Source: Vicinamibacteria bacterium (GTDB lineage: Bacteria > Acidobacteriota > Vicinamibacteria > Marinacidobacterales > Marinacidobacteraceae). From it: 64,000 bases of DNA. Positions 1 through 9,994 of the stretch are shown piece by piece; the first letter of the stretch is position 1; each line of letters opens with the position of its first letter. The notes under the pieces were generated by a model. That model made no database searches and had not been told where the DNA came from. It saw only the letters and a list, made by a program, of their open reading frames with translations. Where the stretch lies: contig OY729431.1 in assembly GCA_963422395.1 (NCBI GenBank), positions 2,592,001-2,656,000 on the forward strand. The letters are read 5' to 3'. Made by a program: the position numbers and the translations under genes.

Positions 1-225
1 CGCGGGCCGGTTCAGGACCCGGTAATCGGAGCGGGCGGCGATCAGCATCACGGCGAAGCCGCAGACGGCGAAGACCGCCTGCCGACCGAAGAAGAAGAAC
101 GGATGGCGAGAGTTCGCATCGGCGACGATGGCCGAGGCGCTGTAGAGCATCACCAGCCCGAACAGCAACAGGACGATCGTTCCGGCGAAGAGCAGCGCGT
201 CGGGCGCGGCCCGGCGGCTCCTCAT
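1..225 (-). CDS. ftsW: Cell division protein FtsW, N-terminal part (runs off the window)
   Basis: Manual translation MRSRRAAPDALLFAGTIVLLLFGLVMLYSASA...FFGRQAVF matches the SEDS N-terminus. The ATG overlaps the murD stop (ATGA). Canonical dcw position. Confidence 0.9.
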   Translation of the reverse strand, partial: MRSRRAAPDALLFAGTIVLLLFGLVMLYSASAIVADANSRHPFFFFGRQAVFAVCGFAVMLIAARSDYRVLNRPA

Positions 226-1655
226 CCCGAATCCTCCCGATGCGCCGCGGCGAGGGCGTCCACCCTCGCCCCAAACCGCTCCCCGCGGTCGCGGTAGTCG
301 CGGAACAGGTCGAAACTGGAGCAGCCCGGAGAGAGCAGGACGACTCCGCCGGGCCGGGCGGCGGCGAAGGCGCGGTCCACCGCGTCTTCGAGGCCGGAGC
401 AGATCGTGACCGGAACCTCCGGGAGGGCGGCGGCGATCTGACGGCGGGTCTGCCCGATCGCCCAGACCCCGGCCACCGGGCCCAGCCGGGGCGCGAGATC
501 CTCGAAGCGGCCGCCCTTCAGGATGCCGCCCAGGATCAGCTGGACGCGGGCGGCGGAAGATCCGGAGGAAGCGGATTCGGCGACGACGGCGAGCGCGGCA
601 GCGGTGGCCGCGAGGCTGGTCGCCCGCGAGTCGTCGAGGAAGCGGACGCCGCCCACCACCCCCCGTTCCTCGAGGGCGTGCGGCAGGCCGACGAAACTGC
701 GGGCCGCCGCCTCGATGGCCTCCCGGGAGGCGCCGAAGACGCTCGCCGCCGCCGCCGCCGCCGCGAGGTTTCGCCGCTGGTGGGCTCCCGGGACTCGAAG
801 CGAGGAGAGGCCGGCGAGGCGCTCGACCTCGGGGCTATGCCGCCGGACCAGGAAGCCCTGCTCCACCACCACTTCGGGATCCGCGGTGCCGGGAGCACCG
901 CCGAAGGGCAGCCGCCGGGCGCCGCTCTCCCGGGCGGCGGCAGCGGCGATCGCGGCGGCCACCGGGTCAGCTCCGTCGAACACCGCCCAATCCGCGGCGG
1001 TCTGGTTCTCGAAGAGGCGGGCCTTGGAGCTCCGGTAGTCGGCGAGGTCGGAATGCCAGTCGAGATGGTCCTCGCCCACTGCGAGCATCACCCCGACCCG
1101 CGCCCGGAACCTGGAGATCGTGGCCAACTGGAAGCTGGACGCCTCGACGACGGCCACCTGCCGGGGACCGAAGTCTCCGACGAGGGCGGTGAGCGGTGTC
1201 CCCAGGTTGCCGCAGGTCCGGGCGGAGACTCCATGGCGCCGGAGCGCCTCGCCGAGCAGGGTGACCACGCTCGATTTCCCCTTGGTGCCGGTCACCGCCG
1301 CGATCCTCTCCGCGGGCTCGCCGAGCGCGCGGTAGCCGAGTTCGAGTTCGCCCCAGACCGGCACCCCCGCAGCGCGCGCCGCCCGGAGAACGGGCGTCTT
1401 TCGGGGCACTCCCGGACTCGCAACCACCAGCGCCATCCCTTCGAGGAGCACCGGCGGATGGCCTCCCGCCCGGAGCGGCACGCCCCACCCGGAGAGCGAG
1501 GCGGCAGCAGCCGGAATCTCGGATTCCGGCCGGGAGTCCGCAGCGAGCACCCGGCGCCCGATCCCGGCGAGAAACCTCGCCGCGGCGAGGCCGCTCGCGC
1601 CGACGCCGAGCACGAGCACTCCCGGCCCCGGAATCGCATACTCCCGACCCGCCAT
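222..1655 (-). CDS. murD: UDP-MurNAc-L-Ala--D-Glu ligase
   Basis: GVGASG, VASPGVP, VTGTKGKS, VEASSFQL, EDHLDWH and LLSPGCSSFD..RGERF motifs; dcw context. Confidence 0.95.
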   Translation of the reverse strand: MAGREYAIPGPGVLVLGVGASGLAAARFLAGIGRRVLAADSRPESEIPAAAASLSGWGVPLRAGGHPPVLLEGMALVVASPGVPRKTPVLRAARAAGVPVWGELELGYRALGEPAERIAAVTGTKGKSSVVTLLGEALRRHGVSARTCGNLGTPLTALVGDFGPRQVAVVEASSFQLATISRFRARVGVMLAVGEDHLDWHSDLADYRSSKARLFENQTAADWAVFDGADPVAAAIAAAAARESGARRLPFGGAPGTADPEVVVEQGFLVRRHSPEVERLAGLSSLRVPGAHQRRNLAAAAAAASVFGASREAIEAAARSFVGLPHALEERGVVGGVRFLDDSRATSLAATAAALAVVAESASSGSSAARVQLILGGILKGGRFEDLAPRLGPVAGVWAIGQTRRQIAAALPEVPVTICSGLEDAVDRAFAAARPGGVVLLSPGCSSFDLFRDYRDRGERFGARVDALAAAHREDSG

Positions 1656-1658
1656 CGT

Positions 1659-2744
1659 TCATCGCAGCTTCACCGTGGTGAGCGCTGCGAGCGCACATCC
1701 GACGGCCAGGATCCAGAATCGGATGCTCACCTGGGCTTCCGACCAGCCGGAGAGTTCGAAGTGGTGATGGAGCGGGGCCATCCGCAAGAGCCGCCGCCCG
1801 GTGAGCTGGAACCAGGAGACCTGCGCCATCACCGAGGCGGTCTCGAGCACGAATACGCCGCCGACGAACACCAGCAGCAGTTCCTGCCGGATCAGGATCG
1901 CCTGGATGCCGATGGCGGCCCCGAGCGCGAGCGATCCCACATCGCCCATGAAGATCCGCGCCGGATGGGCGTTGAACCACAAGAACCCCAGTGCCGCTCC
2001 GACGACGGCGGCGCCGAAGATCGTCAGTTCGGAGACCCCGGGAACATTCAGGATGTCGAGGTACTCGGCGAACACCGCATGGCCGGAGAGGTAGGTGAGC
2101 GCGGTGTACACCGTGGCGGCCACCAGCACGCAGCCGGTGGCGAGGCCGTCCACGCCGTCGGTGAGGTTCACCGCGTTCGAGGAGGCGACGAGCACCAGCA
2201 TGACCGCAGGGACCAGCAGGAAGGAGAGTTCGGGCTGGATCTCCTTCCAGAACGGAAAGACCACCCGGGTGGTGAACGACCCGTCCGCGGAGTACCACAG
2301 CAGGAACCCGCCGACAGCGAGGCCGAGCAGCAACTGGCCGACGAACTTGGACCACGCGCTCAAACCGACACCGCCGCCGCGGCGGAGCTTTCGCAGGTCG
2401 TCGAAGACGCCGAGAACGCCGTAGCCGAACATCGTTCCGACCGCCACCCAGACGAGGACATTCCCCGGATTCGCCCAGAGCAGGGTGGAGACGATCACCA
2501 CTCCCACGATGAGGATCCCTCCCATCGTCGGGGTGCCCGCCTTGGCCCGGTGCCGGGGTGGGGCGTAGGCCAGGATCTGTTCCCCGATGCGCAGCTTTTC
2601 CAGACGCGCGATCAGGAACGGCCCGAGGCCGAGGCTCAGCCCGATCGCGGTGACTGCGGCGCCGGCGGTGCGCACCGACACATAGCGGAAGACATCGAAG
2701 GCGGGGATCCCGTCCGCGAACGAGTGGAGGAACTCGGCGAGCAT
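1659..2744 (-). CDS. mraY: Phospho-MurNAc-pentapeptide transferase
   Basis: KAGTPTMGG, NAVNLTDGVDGLA, IFMGDVGS and MAPLHHHFEL motifs. Start MLAEFLH overlaps the murF stop. Confidence 0.97.
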   Translation of the reverse strand: MLAEFLHSFADGIPAFDVFRYVSVRTAGAAVTAIGLSLGLGPFLIARLEKLRIGEQILAYAPPRHRAKAGTPTMGGILIVGVVIVSTLLWANPGNVLVWVAVGTMFGYGVLGVFDDLRKLRRGGGVGLSAWSKFVGQLLLGLAVGGFLLWYSADGSFTTRVVFPFWKEIQPELSFLLVPAVMLVLVASSNAVNLTDGVDGLATGCVLVAATVYTALTYLSGHAVFAEYLDILNVPGVSELTIFGAAVVGAALGFLWFNAHPARIFMGDVGSLALGAAIGIQAILIRQELLLVFVGGVFVLETASVMAQVSWFQLTGRRLLRMAPLHHHFELSGWSEAQVSIRFWILAVGCALAALTTVKLR

Positions 2745-4126
2745 CAGGCGTCTCCAGCCGGTGGCGGGCGAAGCTCCCGCAGGGCGCGGTCGAGTTCGAC
2801 GGCGCGGGAAGCCTTGAAGAGGACGAGATCGCCCGAGCGCAGCTCCTCTCCAAGCAGCGCGGCGGCCTGCTCCGGCCCTTCGGCGAACCGGACTCCGGCG
2901 CCGAGCGAAGCGGCGGCCTCGGCGAACACCCGCCCGAGCGCCCCCACTCCGACCACCAGGTCGAGGTGCCGGTTTCCGGGGAAAACACCGCACTCGCGGT
3001 GGAGCCGCCCGGCCTCCTCCCCGAGTTCGCACATGTCTCCGATGACCGCGATGCGCCGCTCGGCCGGTTCGCGGACGAACTCGCCGAGAACCGCCCGGAG
3101 CGCCCGCGGACTCGAGTTGTAGGTCTCGTCCACCGCGGCCGCCCCGCCGACCAGCGGGACTCTCCGTCCCCGTCCGGGAAGCGGCGCGAGGCCGGCGACG
3201 GCGGCGGCGGCGGCGGCGAGCGGCACTTCGAGCACCGCGGCCGCCGCGAGTCCGGCGAGCACATTGCCCGCGTTGTGACGGCCGCGGAGCCCGCAGGAAA
3301 CCGCTACCGGCGGTCCGCCGAAGGCGCGCACCGTGAAGGAGAGGCCGGCGGGGCGGGGTGCGTAGCCGGAGCCCTGCACATCCGCTCCGGCGGTGAAACC
3401 GCAGGTCACCCGCCGTCCCGGAAAGCGATGCGCCTGAGCCCGGACCCGGTCGTCGTCGGCGTTCACCACCGCGGTCGCCGCCGCCGGCAGCGCCTCGAAG
3501 AGCTCGCCCTTCGCCTCGGCGATCTCGTCGAGCGAGGCGAAGGATTCGAGGTGCGCTTCGGCGATCGTGGTCAGCACCCCGCAGTCGGGGACCGCGATCC
3601 GGGTCAGCTCCCGGATCTCTCCGCGCGCGGACATCCCCAGTTCCACCACGCCGACCGACTCGTCCTCGCGAGCGAGCAGCGAGAGCGGCAGCCCCCAGTG
3701 GTTGTTGCGGTTCCCCGGCGAGCGGAACACGGAGCAGGTGGAGCCGATGGCCGCTGCGGCCGCCTCCTTGGTGGTGGTCTTGCCGAGGCTTCCGCTGATC
3801 GCCACGATCCGGGCGCCGCTTTCGAGCCGTTGGCGGCGGGCGAGCGCGCCGAGCGCGCGGGTCGGGTCGGCCACCCGGATCAGGAAACCCTCTTCGGGAA
3901 CGCCTTCCGGCGGCCCGTGGCCGCTCGCCACCACCGCTCCGGCGGCGCCCGCCCGAAACGCGCCGGCGAGGAATGCGTGGCCGTCGTGGCGAGCGCCCCG
4001 GACAGCGAAGAAGAGATCCCCGGGAACGACGGTGCGGCTGTCGATCGAAACCCCGGTCACCACCGACGCTGCGCCCTCGATCTCGCCTTCCATGGCGTGC
4101 GCGGCGGCAGCCCCGTCGAGCCTCAT
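2744..4126 (-). CDS. murF: UDP-MurNAc-tripeptide--D-Ala-D-Ala ligase
   Basis: IDSR, DGHAF, GSLGKTTTKE, NNHWGLP, ELGMS, DETYNSSP, GDMCELG and KASR motifs. Confidence 0.96.
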   Translation of the reverse strand: MRLDGAAAAHAMEGEIEGAASVVTGVSIDSRTVVPGDLFFAVRGARHDGHAFLAGAFRAGAAGAVVASGHGPPEGVPEEGFLIRVADPTRALGALARRQRLESGARIVAISGSLGKTTTKEAAAAAIGSTCSVFRSPGNRNNHWGLPLSLLAREDESVGVVELGMSARGEIRELTRIAVPDCGVLTTIAEAHLESFASLDEIAEAKGELFEALPAAATAVVNADDDRVRAQAHRFPGRRVTCGFTAGADVQGSGYAPRPAGLSFTVRAFGGPPVAVSCGLRGRHNAGNVLAGLAAAAVLEVPLAAAAAAVAGLAPLPGRGRRVPLVGGAAAVDETYNSSPRALRAVLGEFVREPAERRIAVIGDMCELGEEAGRLHRECGVFPGNRHLDLVVGVGALGRVFAEAAASLGAGVRFAEGPEQAAALLGEELRSGDLVLFKASRAVELDRALRELRPPPAGDA

Positions 4127-5766
4127 GCCGCGGGACCCCTCCCGGCCCGCTGCCGGAGCGCGGCGCGGGCCAGGACGCGATCGTCGAGCGGGGTCCGCCC
4201 ACCGCCGCTCTCCTGATGGGTTTCGTGTCCGCGCCCGGCGAGGAGCACGAGTTCGCCCGGCGCCGCCGACTCCACCGTCCGGGAAATGGCGGCCCGGCGA
4301 TCGGGTTCGACCCCGACCTCGGCGTCGAGCGCCGGATCGTCCGTCCCCTGGCGGATGTCGGCGATGATCGCCTCCGGATCCTCGCTGCGCGGATTGTCCG
4401 AGGTGAGCAGCACGCGGTCGGCGAGCCGGGCGGCTACAGCTCCCATCAGCGCCCGCTTGGGACGATCCCGGCCGCCGCCGCAGCCGAAGACGACGGTGAG
4501 CCGATGCGCGCCGGCGAGGCCGCGCGCCGCGGCGAGCGCCCGCGCCAGCGCGTCCGGGGTGTGGGCGTAGTCCACGAGGACCGCCGGCTGGAACTCCGGG
4601 CCGGCACCGCTCCTCTCCGGTGCGATCCGCTCCATCCGCCCCGGAGGGCCGCCGGCTTCGCTAAGCGCCGCGGCAGCGGCGGAGCCGGGGACGCCGAGCG
4701 CTGCGGCCGCCGCCCAGGCCGCCGCGAGATTCTCCGCGTTGTAACCACCGAGCAGCGGGCTCGTGATCTCGTGGGCGCCGGTGGGCGTCTCGAGGCGCAC
4801 CCGGATTCCGTCGAGGCCGGAGCGGACCAGCGCCTGCCGGACCGTCGCCTGCGAGCTGTACCCGTAGCTGCAGAGGTTCCGGTCGAGGTGCGCCGCCGCG
4901 AGTTCGGCCGCCAGGCGCTCCCCGAACGGATCCTTCACCGGAAGGACCGCAGCGCCGCCGGAACGGAGAAGTTCGGTGAACAGGCGGCGTTTCGCCTGGA
5001 AATACGCCTCCAGGCCGGGGTGGAAGTCGAGGTGGTCGCGGGTCAGGTTCGTGAACACCGCAACCTCGAACGAGGTTCCGTCGAGGCGGCCCTGGGCGAG
5101 GCCGTGGGAGGAACATTCCACCGCACCGAAGCCGCAGTCGGCGGCGCATGCCTCGGCGAGGAATGCCTGGAAGTCCGGAGCTTCCCGGGTGGTGAGCGAG
5201 GGACCGGCGGGGGCGCGCTCCTCCTTCCCGATCCGTATCCGGTGCCCGACGGTACCGCAGAGAAAGCTCGCCCCCCGGGTGCGCTGCAGCACCTCGGCGA
5301 GGAGCCAGGCCACCGTCGTCTTCCCGTTCGTGCCGGTGACTCCGGCGAGCCGCAGACGGCGGGAAGGCTGTCGGTGGAAGGCCGCCGCTACCGGCCCGGC
5401 GGCTCGGCGGGTATCCGGCACCTGGACCTCGGGAAGGAGCGGAACCGGGGAACGCCGTTCCACGAGGGCGGCCGCAGCACCCGCCGCCGCGGCCGCGGGC
5501 AGGAAGTCGTGGCCGTCGAAACGCTGACCCCGAATCGCCACGAAGAGGCTGCCCGCGCGAACCCGGCGGGAATCGCTCGTTACCTGGGACACCCTCATCA
5601 GGCCAAGCGCTTCGGGAGCCGGCTCCGCTCCGGTTCCCGCGAGCAAATCGGCGAGCCGTCGGCCGCTGGCGGAAGGGACCTCGTGACTCGGCAGCCCGGG
5701 AATGGAGTAGCGCGAGTGCCGCGAGCCGATCCCTGGGACTCGCCCCCCGGCCAACGAGGGATTCAC
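4123..5766 (-). CDS. murE: UDP-MurNAc-dipeptide--meso-DAP ligase
   Basis: GVTGTNGKTT, TNLTRDHLDFH, DYAHTPDAL and the DAP-type DNPR motif. GTG start inferred from a GTGA overlap with the ftsI stop; true start uncertain. Confidence 0.95.
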   Translation of the reverse strand: MNPSLAGGRVPGIGSRHSRYSIPGLPSHEVPSASGRRLADLLAGTGAEPAPEALGLMRVSQVTSDSRRVRAGSLFVAIRGQRFDGHDFLPAAAAAGAAAALVERRSPVPLLPEVQVPDTRRAAGPVAAAFHRQPSRRLRLAGVTGTNGKTTVAWLLAEVLQRTRGASFLCGTVGHRIRIGKEERAPAGPSLTTREAPDFQAFLAEACAADCGFGAVECSSHGLAQGRLDGTSFEVAVFTNLTRDHLDFHPGLEAYFQAKRRLFTELLRSGGAAVLPVKDPFGERLAAELAAAHLDRNLCSYGYSSQATVRQALVRSGLDGIRVRLETPTGAHEITSPLLGGYNAENLAAAWAAAAALGVPGSAAAAALSEAGGPPGRMERIAPERSGAGPEFQPAVLVDYAHTPDALARALAAARGLAGAHRLTVVFGCGGGRDRPKRALMGAVAARLADRVLLTSDNPRSEDPEAIIADIRQGTDDPALDAEVGVEPDRRAAISRTVESAAPGELVLLAGRGHETHQESGGGRTPLDDRVLARAALRQRAGRGPAA

Positions 5767-7859
5767 TGCTCGGGATCCCGGGCCGGTTGCGCGGCCCCTC
5801 CCGCTGAACCCCTCCGGAGGGCGAGAGCCGCCCGGTCGCGCGCCGGGAGGGGGCGAACCGGGCTTCGCGGCTTTCGGTCCGGCGGCGCACCGACGCGGTC
5901 TGCGGCCGGGATCCACTGCGGACACCCGACAGTTCCGAGACGGCCGCCAGGCCCGAAACAGTCACCCGCCCCGAAACGCTCGCCGGAGGCGGCCAGCCGC
6001 AGGGTCCCGCTCCCCACCTCCCGGTACCGCCGAAGGACCCGGGCGGCGATCCGGGAGAAGACGCGGGCCGCGTTCGCCCCACTGTGGTTCGGACGCCGGG
6101 TATCGAGGATCACGACCCCGGTGAAGAGCGGCTCGGCGACGGGAGCGAACCCGGCGAAGGAGGCGATGTAGTCGGTGGGCGAGTAGCCCCCGTGCGACGC
6201 CTTCTGCGCGGTTCCGGTCTTGCCGGCGATCCGGAATCCCTCCACTCCGGCCGCTCTCCCGGTTCCCTGCTCCACCACTCCGGCGAGGATGGCCCGGAGC
6301 CGGGCGGCGGTCCGCCGGGTCACCACCCGCCGGGGCTCTTCGAAGGGCGCCGGTTCGCCGCCCACACGCCGGATCAGCCGGAGGGGCGCGAGCACCCCGT
6401 CGTTCGCGATCGCGTTCACCCCCTGCACCAGCTGCACCGGAGTCACGGCGATTCCCTGGCCGAAGGACACCGTGGCGAGCCGGATCGGCCGCCAGGGGCC
6501 TGCGGGAGGAACGAGCCCCCGGCTCTCGCCGCCGAGGGGAAGCCCGGTGGTCTCGCCGAAACCGAACGAGCGGATGTACGCCCGGAGAGTGCCCGCTCCG
6601 AGCCGGGAGGCGACCTGCAGGGTCCCGATGTTGGATGAGTGCTGGATCACTCCGGCGAAGTCGAGCGGGCCGAGCGGCTTCCAGTCTCGGACGAACCGGG
6701 ACCCGACGCGGTAGCGGCCGCCGAAGGTCGAGAACCGCTCGGTCTCTTCGGTCACGCCCTCTTCGAGGGCCGCGGCGGCGGTGAAGATCTTGAACACCGA
6801 ACCCGGTTCGTAGGGATCGGTGATCGTCCGGTTGACCAGAGCCGCCGCCGGAAAATCACGGATCCGGTTCGGGTCGAACGAAGGGGCGCTGGCCATCGCC
6901 AGCACCTCGCCGGTAGCGGGCTCGACGAGGAGCACCGCTCCCGAGGCCGCCGAGGTCTCCGCGATCCCGCGGGCCAATTCGTCCTCCGCGACTGCCTGGA
7001 TATCGGAGTCCAGGGTCAGTTCCAGGTCCGCTCCGGGGCGCGGCTCCCGCACCACCCGGCCGCCGCGCCCGGTGCGCCTGCCGTCGGTCCAGACCGTGCG
7101 CCGTCCGGGCTCGCCGCGGATCACCGCATCGAGGGCGTGTTCGATGCCGCCGAGGCCGTCACCGTCCACGCCGACATGGCCTACCAGTGGGGCCGCCAGC
7201 GGGCCGCCCGGATAGAAGCGCCCGTATTCCTCGAGGGTGCTGATCGGCAGGCCGGTCGCCTTCGCGCAGGCGACTTCGGCTGGCGAGGCCTTCCGCTTGA
7301 GCCAGGAGAACCGCGAATCGCGCCGCAAACGGGTCTCCACCAGACCTCGCGAGACCTCGAGGCAGTCGGCGAGCCGCGCTGCGGCCGCGGAGATGTCGAG
7401 CGTTCGGTAATCCGGCGGGACCACGTACACCGAATCCCTGGCGATGGTGAGCGCCAGCGGGCGCCCGCGGCGGTCGTGGATCGTTCCCCGGAACGGCGGG
7501 ATGGTCAGCTGGTATCGGTGCTGGGCGTTCGCTCGCCCCGCCATCACCTCGTGCTGGAAGACCTGGGTCTGGACCAGCCGCCCGAAGACCAGCGCGCTCC
7601 AGACGGCGAGAAGACCCGCTCCGACCATCACCCGGCGCCGCACCTGGGGAAGGCGCGGGGTCCGATCGGGCTCTCTCGGGCCGCTGCGGACGGTCGGGGG
7701 GGGCGGCGGGAAGCGCGGCGGGACGGCCCGGGGGGGCCTCCGGCCGGACGACCGGTCCGTCCGGCGGCGGCGGCGCGGCGGTGCCGGGCGCGCTCCGGAA
7801 CCGGGCGGCGGGGATGGAAGGAGACCCGGAAAGAGGGTGGGGGGCCGGGGGTCGGTCAT
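5763..7859 (-). CDS. ftsI: Division transpeptidase (PBP3-type class B PBP)
   Basis: RGTIHDR, YEPGSVFK (SxxK), SSN and KTGT motifs; N-terminal TM after a Pro/Arg-rich extension; ATGA overlap with ftsL. Confidence 0.94.
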   Translation of the reverse strand: MTDPRPPTLFPGLLPSPPPGSGARPAPPRRRRRTDRSSGRRPPRAVPPRFPPPPPTVRSGPREPDRTPRLPQVRRRVMVGAGLLAVWSALVFGRLVQTQVFQHEVMAGRANAQHRYQLTIPPFRGTIHDRRGRPLALTIARDSVYVVPPDYRTLDISAAAARLADCLEVSRGLVETRLRRDSRFSWLKRKASPAEVACAKATGLPISTLEEYGRFYPGGPLAAPLVGHVGVDGDGLGGIEHALDAVIRGEPGRRTVWTDGRRTGRGGRVVREPRPGADLELTLDSDIQAVAEDELARGIAETSAASGAVLLVEPATGEVLAMASAPSFDPNRIRDFPAAALVNRTITDPYEPGSVFKIFTAAAALEEGVTEETERFSTFGGRYRVGSRFVRDWKPLGPLDFAGVIQHSSNIGTLQVASRLGAGTLRAYIRSFGFGETTGLPLGGESRGLVPPAGPWRPIRLATVSFGQGIAVTPVQLVQGVNAIANDGVLAPLRLIRRVGGEPAPFEEPRRVVTRRTAARLRAILAGVVEQGTGRAAGVEGFRIAGKTGTAQKASHGGYSPTDYIASFAGFAPVAEPLFTGVVILDTRRPNHSGANAARVFSRIAARVLRRYREVGSGTLRLAASGERFGAGDCFGPGGRLGTVGCPQWIPAADRVGAPPDRKPRSPVRPLPARDRAALALRRGSAGGAAQPARDPEQ

Positions 7860-8287
7860 CGTTCGCCGGCACCGCTCCCGGAGGAAGCGCCGCCCCCGGG
7901 AGAATCGGCCGGGGGCGTATCGGAGCCGGGGGGAGGAGCCGCGCCCGCGCCGGTAACCTCCAGCACCACGAATTCTTCGGGCGGTTCGAGGCCGTGGGAT
8001 TCGCGCCCGGCGCGCTCCACCCGCCGCGGGTCGGTGAGCTGGCTCCACTCGAGGCGGTAGCGCTGGATGTCCTTTTCGAGCCGGTCCCGCTCCAGGCGGA
8101 GCTGCTCCACGCGGTATCCGAGCCGGACCGCTTCGAGTCGGGGCCAGGCCGCCAGGACGAGGGCGGCGAGCAGAACCAGGGCCACGGCGCAATAGCGCAA
8201 CAACAGGAGGTAGCGCGCCCGGTCCAGCTTGCGGTGCAGCCAGCGGCCGTCGGGGCGGTAGGCGAGATCGAAGCGTCCGGCGCTCAT
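7856..8287 (-). CDS. ftsL: Cell division protein FtsL
   Basis: Single TM followed by a coiled coil (LGYRVEQLRLERDRL...LTDPRRVER). Lies between rsmH and ftsI. Confidence 0.85.
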   Translation of the reverse strand: MSAGRFDLAYRPDGRWLHRKLDRARYLLLLRYCAVALVLLAALVLAAWPRLEAVRLGYRVEQLRLERDRLEKDIQRYRLEWSQLTDPRRVERAGRESHGLEPPEEFVVLEVTGAGAAPPPGSDTPPADSPGGGASSGSGAGER

Positions 8288-9297
8288 CCTTCCCCTCCCT
8301 CCTCGCCGCCGCCGCCGACCCGCCGCAGGATCCGGAGCCGGGCGCTTCGGGACCGGCGGTTCTCGCGGCGTTCCGCTTCGCCGGGGCGGACCGGCCGCCG
8401 GACTCCGAGCTCGAACGCCGACTCGCCCGCCAGTGCGCGGAAACGGTGTTTCACCGGACGGTCCTCGACCGAGTGATACGCGATGACCGCCAGGATCCCG
8501 GGGGCGCGAAGCCGGGCGGGCGCCTGATCGAGCGCCGTCTCGAGTGCCTGCGGCTCACCGTTCACCGCCGACCGGACCGCCAGGAAGGTGCGGGTCGCCG
8601 GATCGAGCCGTCCCCTGCGGGGGCCCATCGCCGCGATCACCGCGCGGCGAAGGTCGCCGGTCGTCGCCAGCGGGCGGCGGTTCACGATCCGCCGGGCGAT
8701 GGCGCGCGAGCGGCGTTCGCCCATGGCGAACAGCAGGTCGGCGATCTCCCCTTCGTCGAGGCGGTCCAGGAGAGCCGCAGCGGTCTCCCCGGAGCAGGGG
8801 TCGAAGCGCATGTCCAGCGGGCCGTCGCTGCGGAGCGAGAAGCCGCGCTCCGGGGTTTCGAGCTGCGGGCTCGAAAGGCCCAGATCGAGCACGATGCCAT
8901 CCACCCGATCCCAGCCGGCCCGGTCGAGGGCGGCGGCGAGATCCCCGAAGTCCGCCGCCAGGAAACGAAACCGGGGTTCGGCGGCGGCGAGCGCCCGGGC
9001 CGCCGGCGCAGCGGCCGGGTCCTTGTCGAGGCCCAGCACCTCGGCACCGGACGCCGCCCGCAGGATCGCTTCGGTATGGCCGCCCCGTCCGAAGGTGCCG
9101 TCGAGGTATCGGCCCCCCGGGCGCGGAGCGAGGAAGCGGACGACTTCGTCCCGCAGTACCGGCAGGTGGGCCGGCAGTCGGGTCGGCAAAGGAGTCGAAA
9201 GGGGCGCTTCGGGAAGCATCGTTGCCGGGGAGGGCGAGGCGGTGGGGAGCTGAGGGAAACGCCGATCGGGCGGATGCGGGGAGGAGAGGGGAATCAC
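8284..9297 (-). CDS. rsmH: 16S rRNA m4C1402 methyltransferase
   Basis: HLPVL, DGTFGRGGH, DLGLSSPQL, DGPLDMR, YHSVEDR and NRRSRSARLR motifs. GTGA overlap with mraZ; a later start is possible. Confidence 0.96.
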   Translation of the reverse strand: MIPLSSPHPPDRRFPQLPTASPSPATMLPEAPLSTPLPTRLPAHLPVLRDEVVRFLAPRPGGRYLDGTFGRGGHTEAILRAASGAEVLGLDKDPAAAPAARALAAAEPRFRFLAADFGDLAAALDRAGWDRVDGIVLDLGLSSPQLETPERGFSLRSDGPLDMRFDPCSGETAAALLDRLDEGEIADLLFAMGERRSRAIARRIVNRRPLATTGDLRRAVIAAMGPRRGRLDPATRTFLAVRSAVNGEPQALETALDQAPARLRAPGILAVIAYHSVEDRPVKHRFRALAGESAFELGVRRPVRPGEAERRENRRSRSARLRILRRVGGGGEEGGEG

Positions 9298-9806
9298 CGC
9301 GTCGGCAGTCCGGGATCGGTGAGGGGTTCGGGAAGGGAGGGGTCGGGATCAGTTCCCCCCGGCTGTACCAGAGCCAGGTCCTCGTCGGTGAGCGGGTCGT
9401 CGGTGATCCGGGAGAACAGGATTTCGTGGTTCCACACTTCGAGGTGGCGGGTGAGTCCGAGGACATCCACCTTTCCGACGGTGTTCGCCAGACTCCGCAG
9501 GTTCTGGGGAAGGAGGAGCCGGTGCTGGGCGTCGAGGTCGGCTTTTTGCCCGTAGAAGGCCGTGATCCGCGAGAACCTTTGGCGCGTCGGATGGAGTTCC
9601 CCCAGCCTTCGCACCCGGGATTCGATGTCTTCCCAGACCGGCAGCGGGTAGATCGCGGCGCACCGGCCGTCGAGACTGGTGACGAAGACGCTGGTTCCGA
9701 GCCGTCTCAGGGTTCCCAGGAACGCGGCCGGAACCTTCAGCCTCCCCTTGGCGTCCACGGTGGCCGGGTGGTTGCCGCGGAATCTGGGATCGGTAGTGCC
9801 GGGCAT
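9294..9806 (-). CDS. mraZ: dcw transcriptional repressor MraZ
   Basis: FRGNHPATVDAKGRL and LDAQHRLLLP (DxxGR-type repeats), LEVWN; first gene of the dcw cluster. Confidence 0.93.
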   Translation of the reverse strand: MPGTTDPRFRGNHPATVDAKGRLKVPAAFLGTLRRLGTSVFVTSLDGRCAAIYPLPVWEDIESRVRRLGELHPTRQRFSRITAFYGQKADLDAQHRLLLPQNLRSLANTVGKVDVLGLTRHLEVWNHEILFSRITDDPLTDEDLALVQPGGTDPDPSLPEPLTDPGLPTR

Positions 9807-9890
9807 CGGTAGGGGGTCCCCTCCCGTACTGCCTCGGAACCGCAGTGTCGAACCGATGAGCGAAAGAGAGAAAGAGTCAATCTATTCTTA

Positions 9891-9914
9891 CCACTTTTGG
9901 CCACAAATTACCAC
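9891..9914 (-). promoter_or_regulatory. MraZ-binding repeats (GTGG x3 at 10-bp spacing)
   Basis: CCAC at 9891, 9901 and 9911 (GTGG on minus) in an AT-rich patch upstream of mraZ. Matches the known MraZ operator architecture. Confidence 0.8.
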
Positions 9915-9994
9915 CATCGCTACCGACACCCGGAAAGGGGAGACGGCAGCTTCAGCCCCAGCAGCGCCTCATGCCGGCGCCTCGCGGAAACGCG

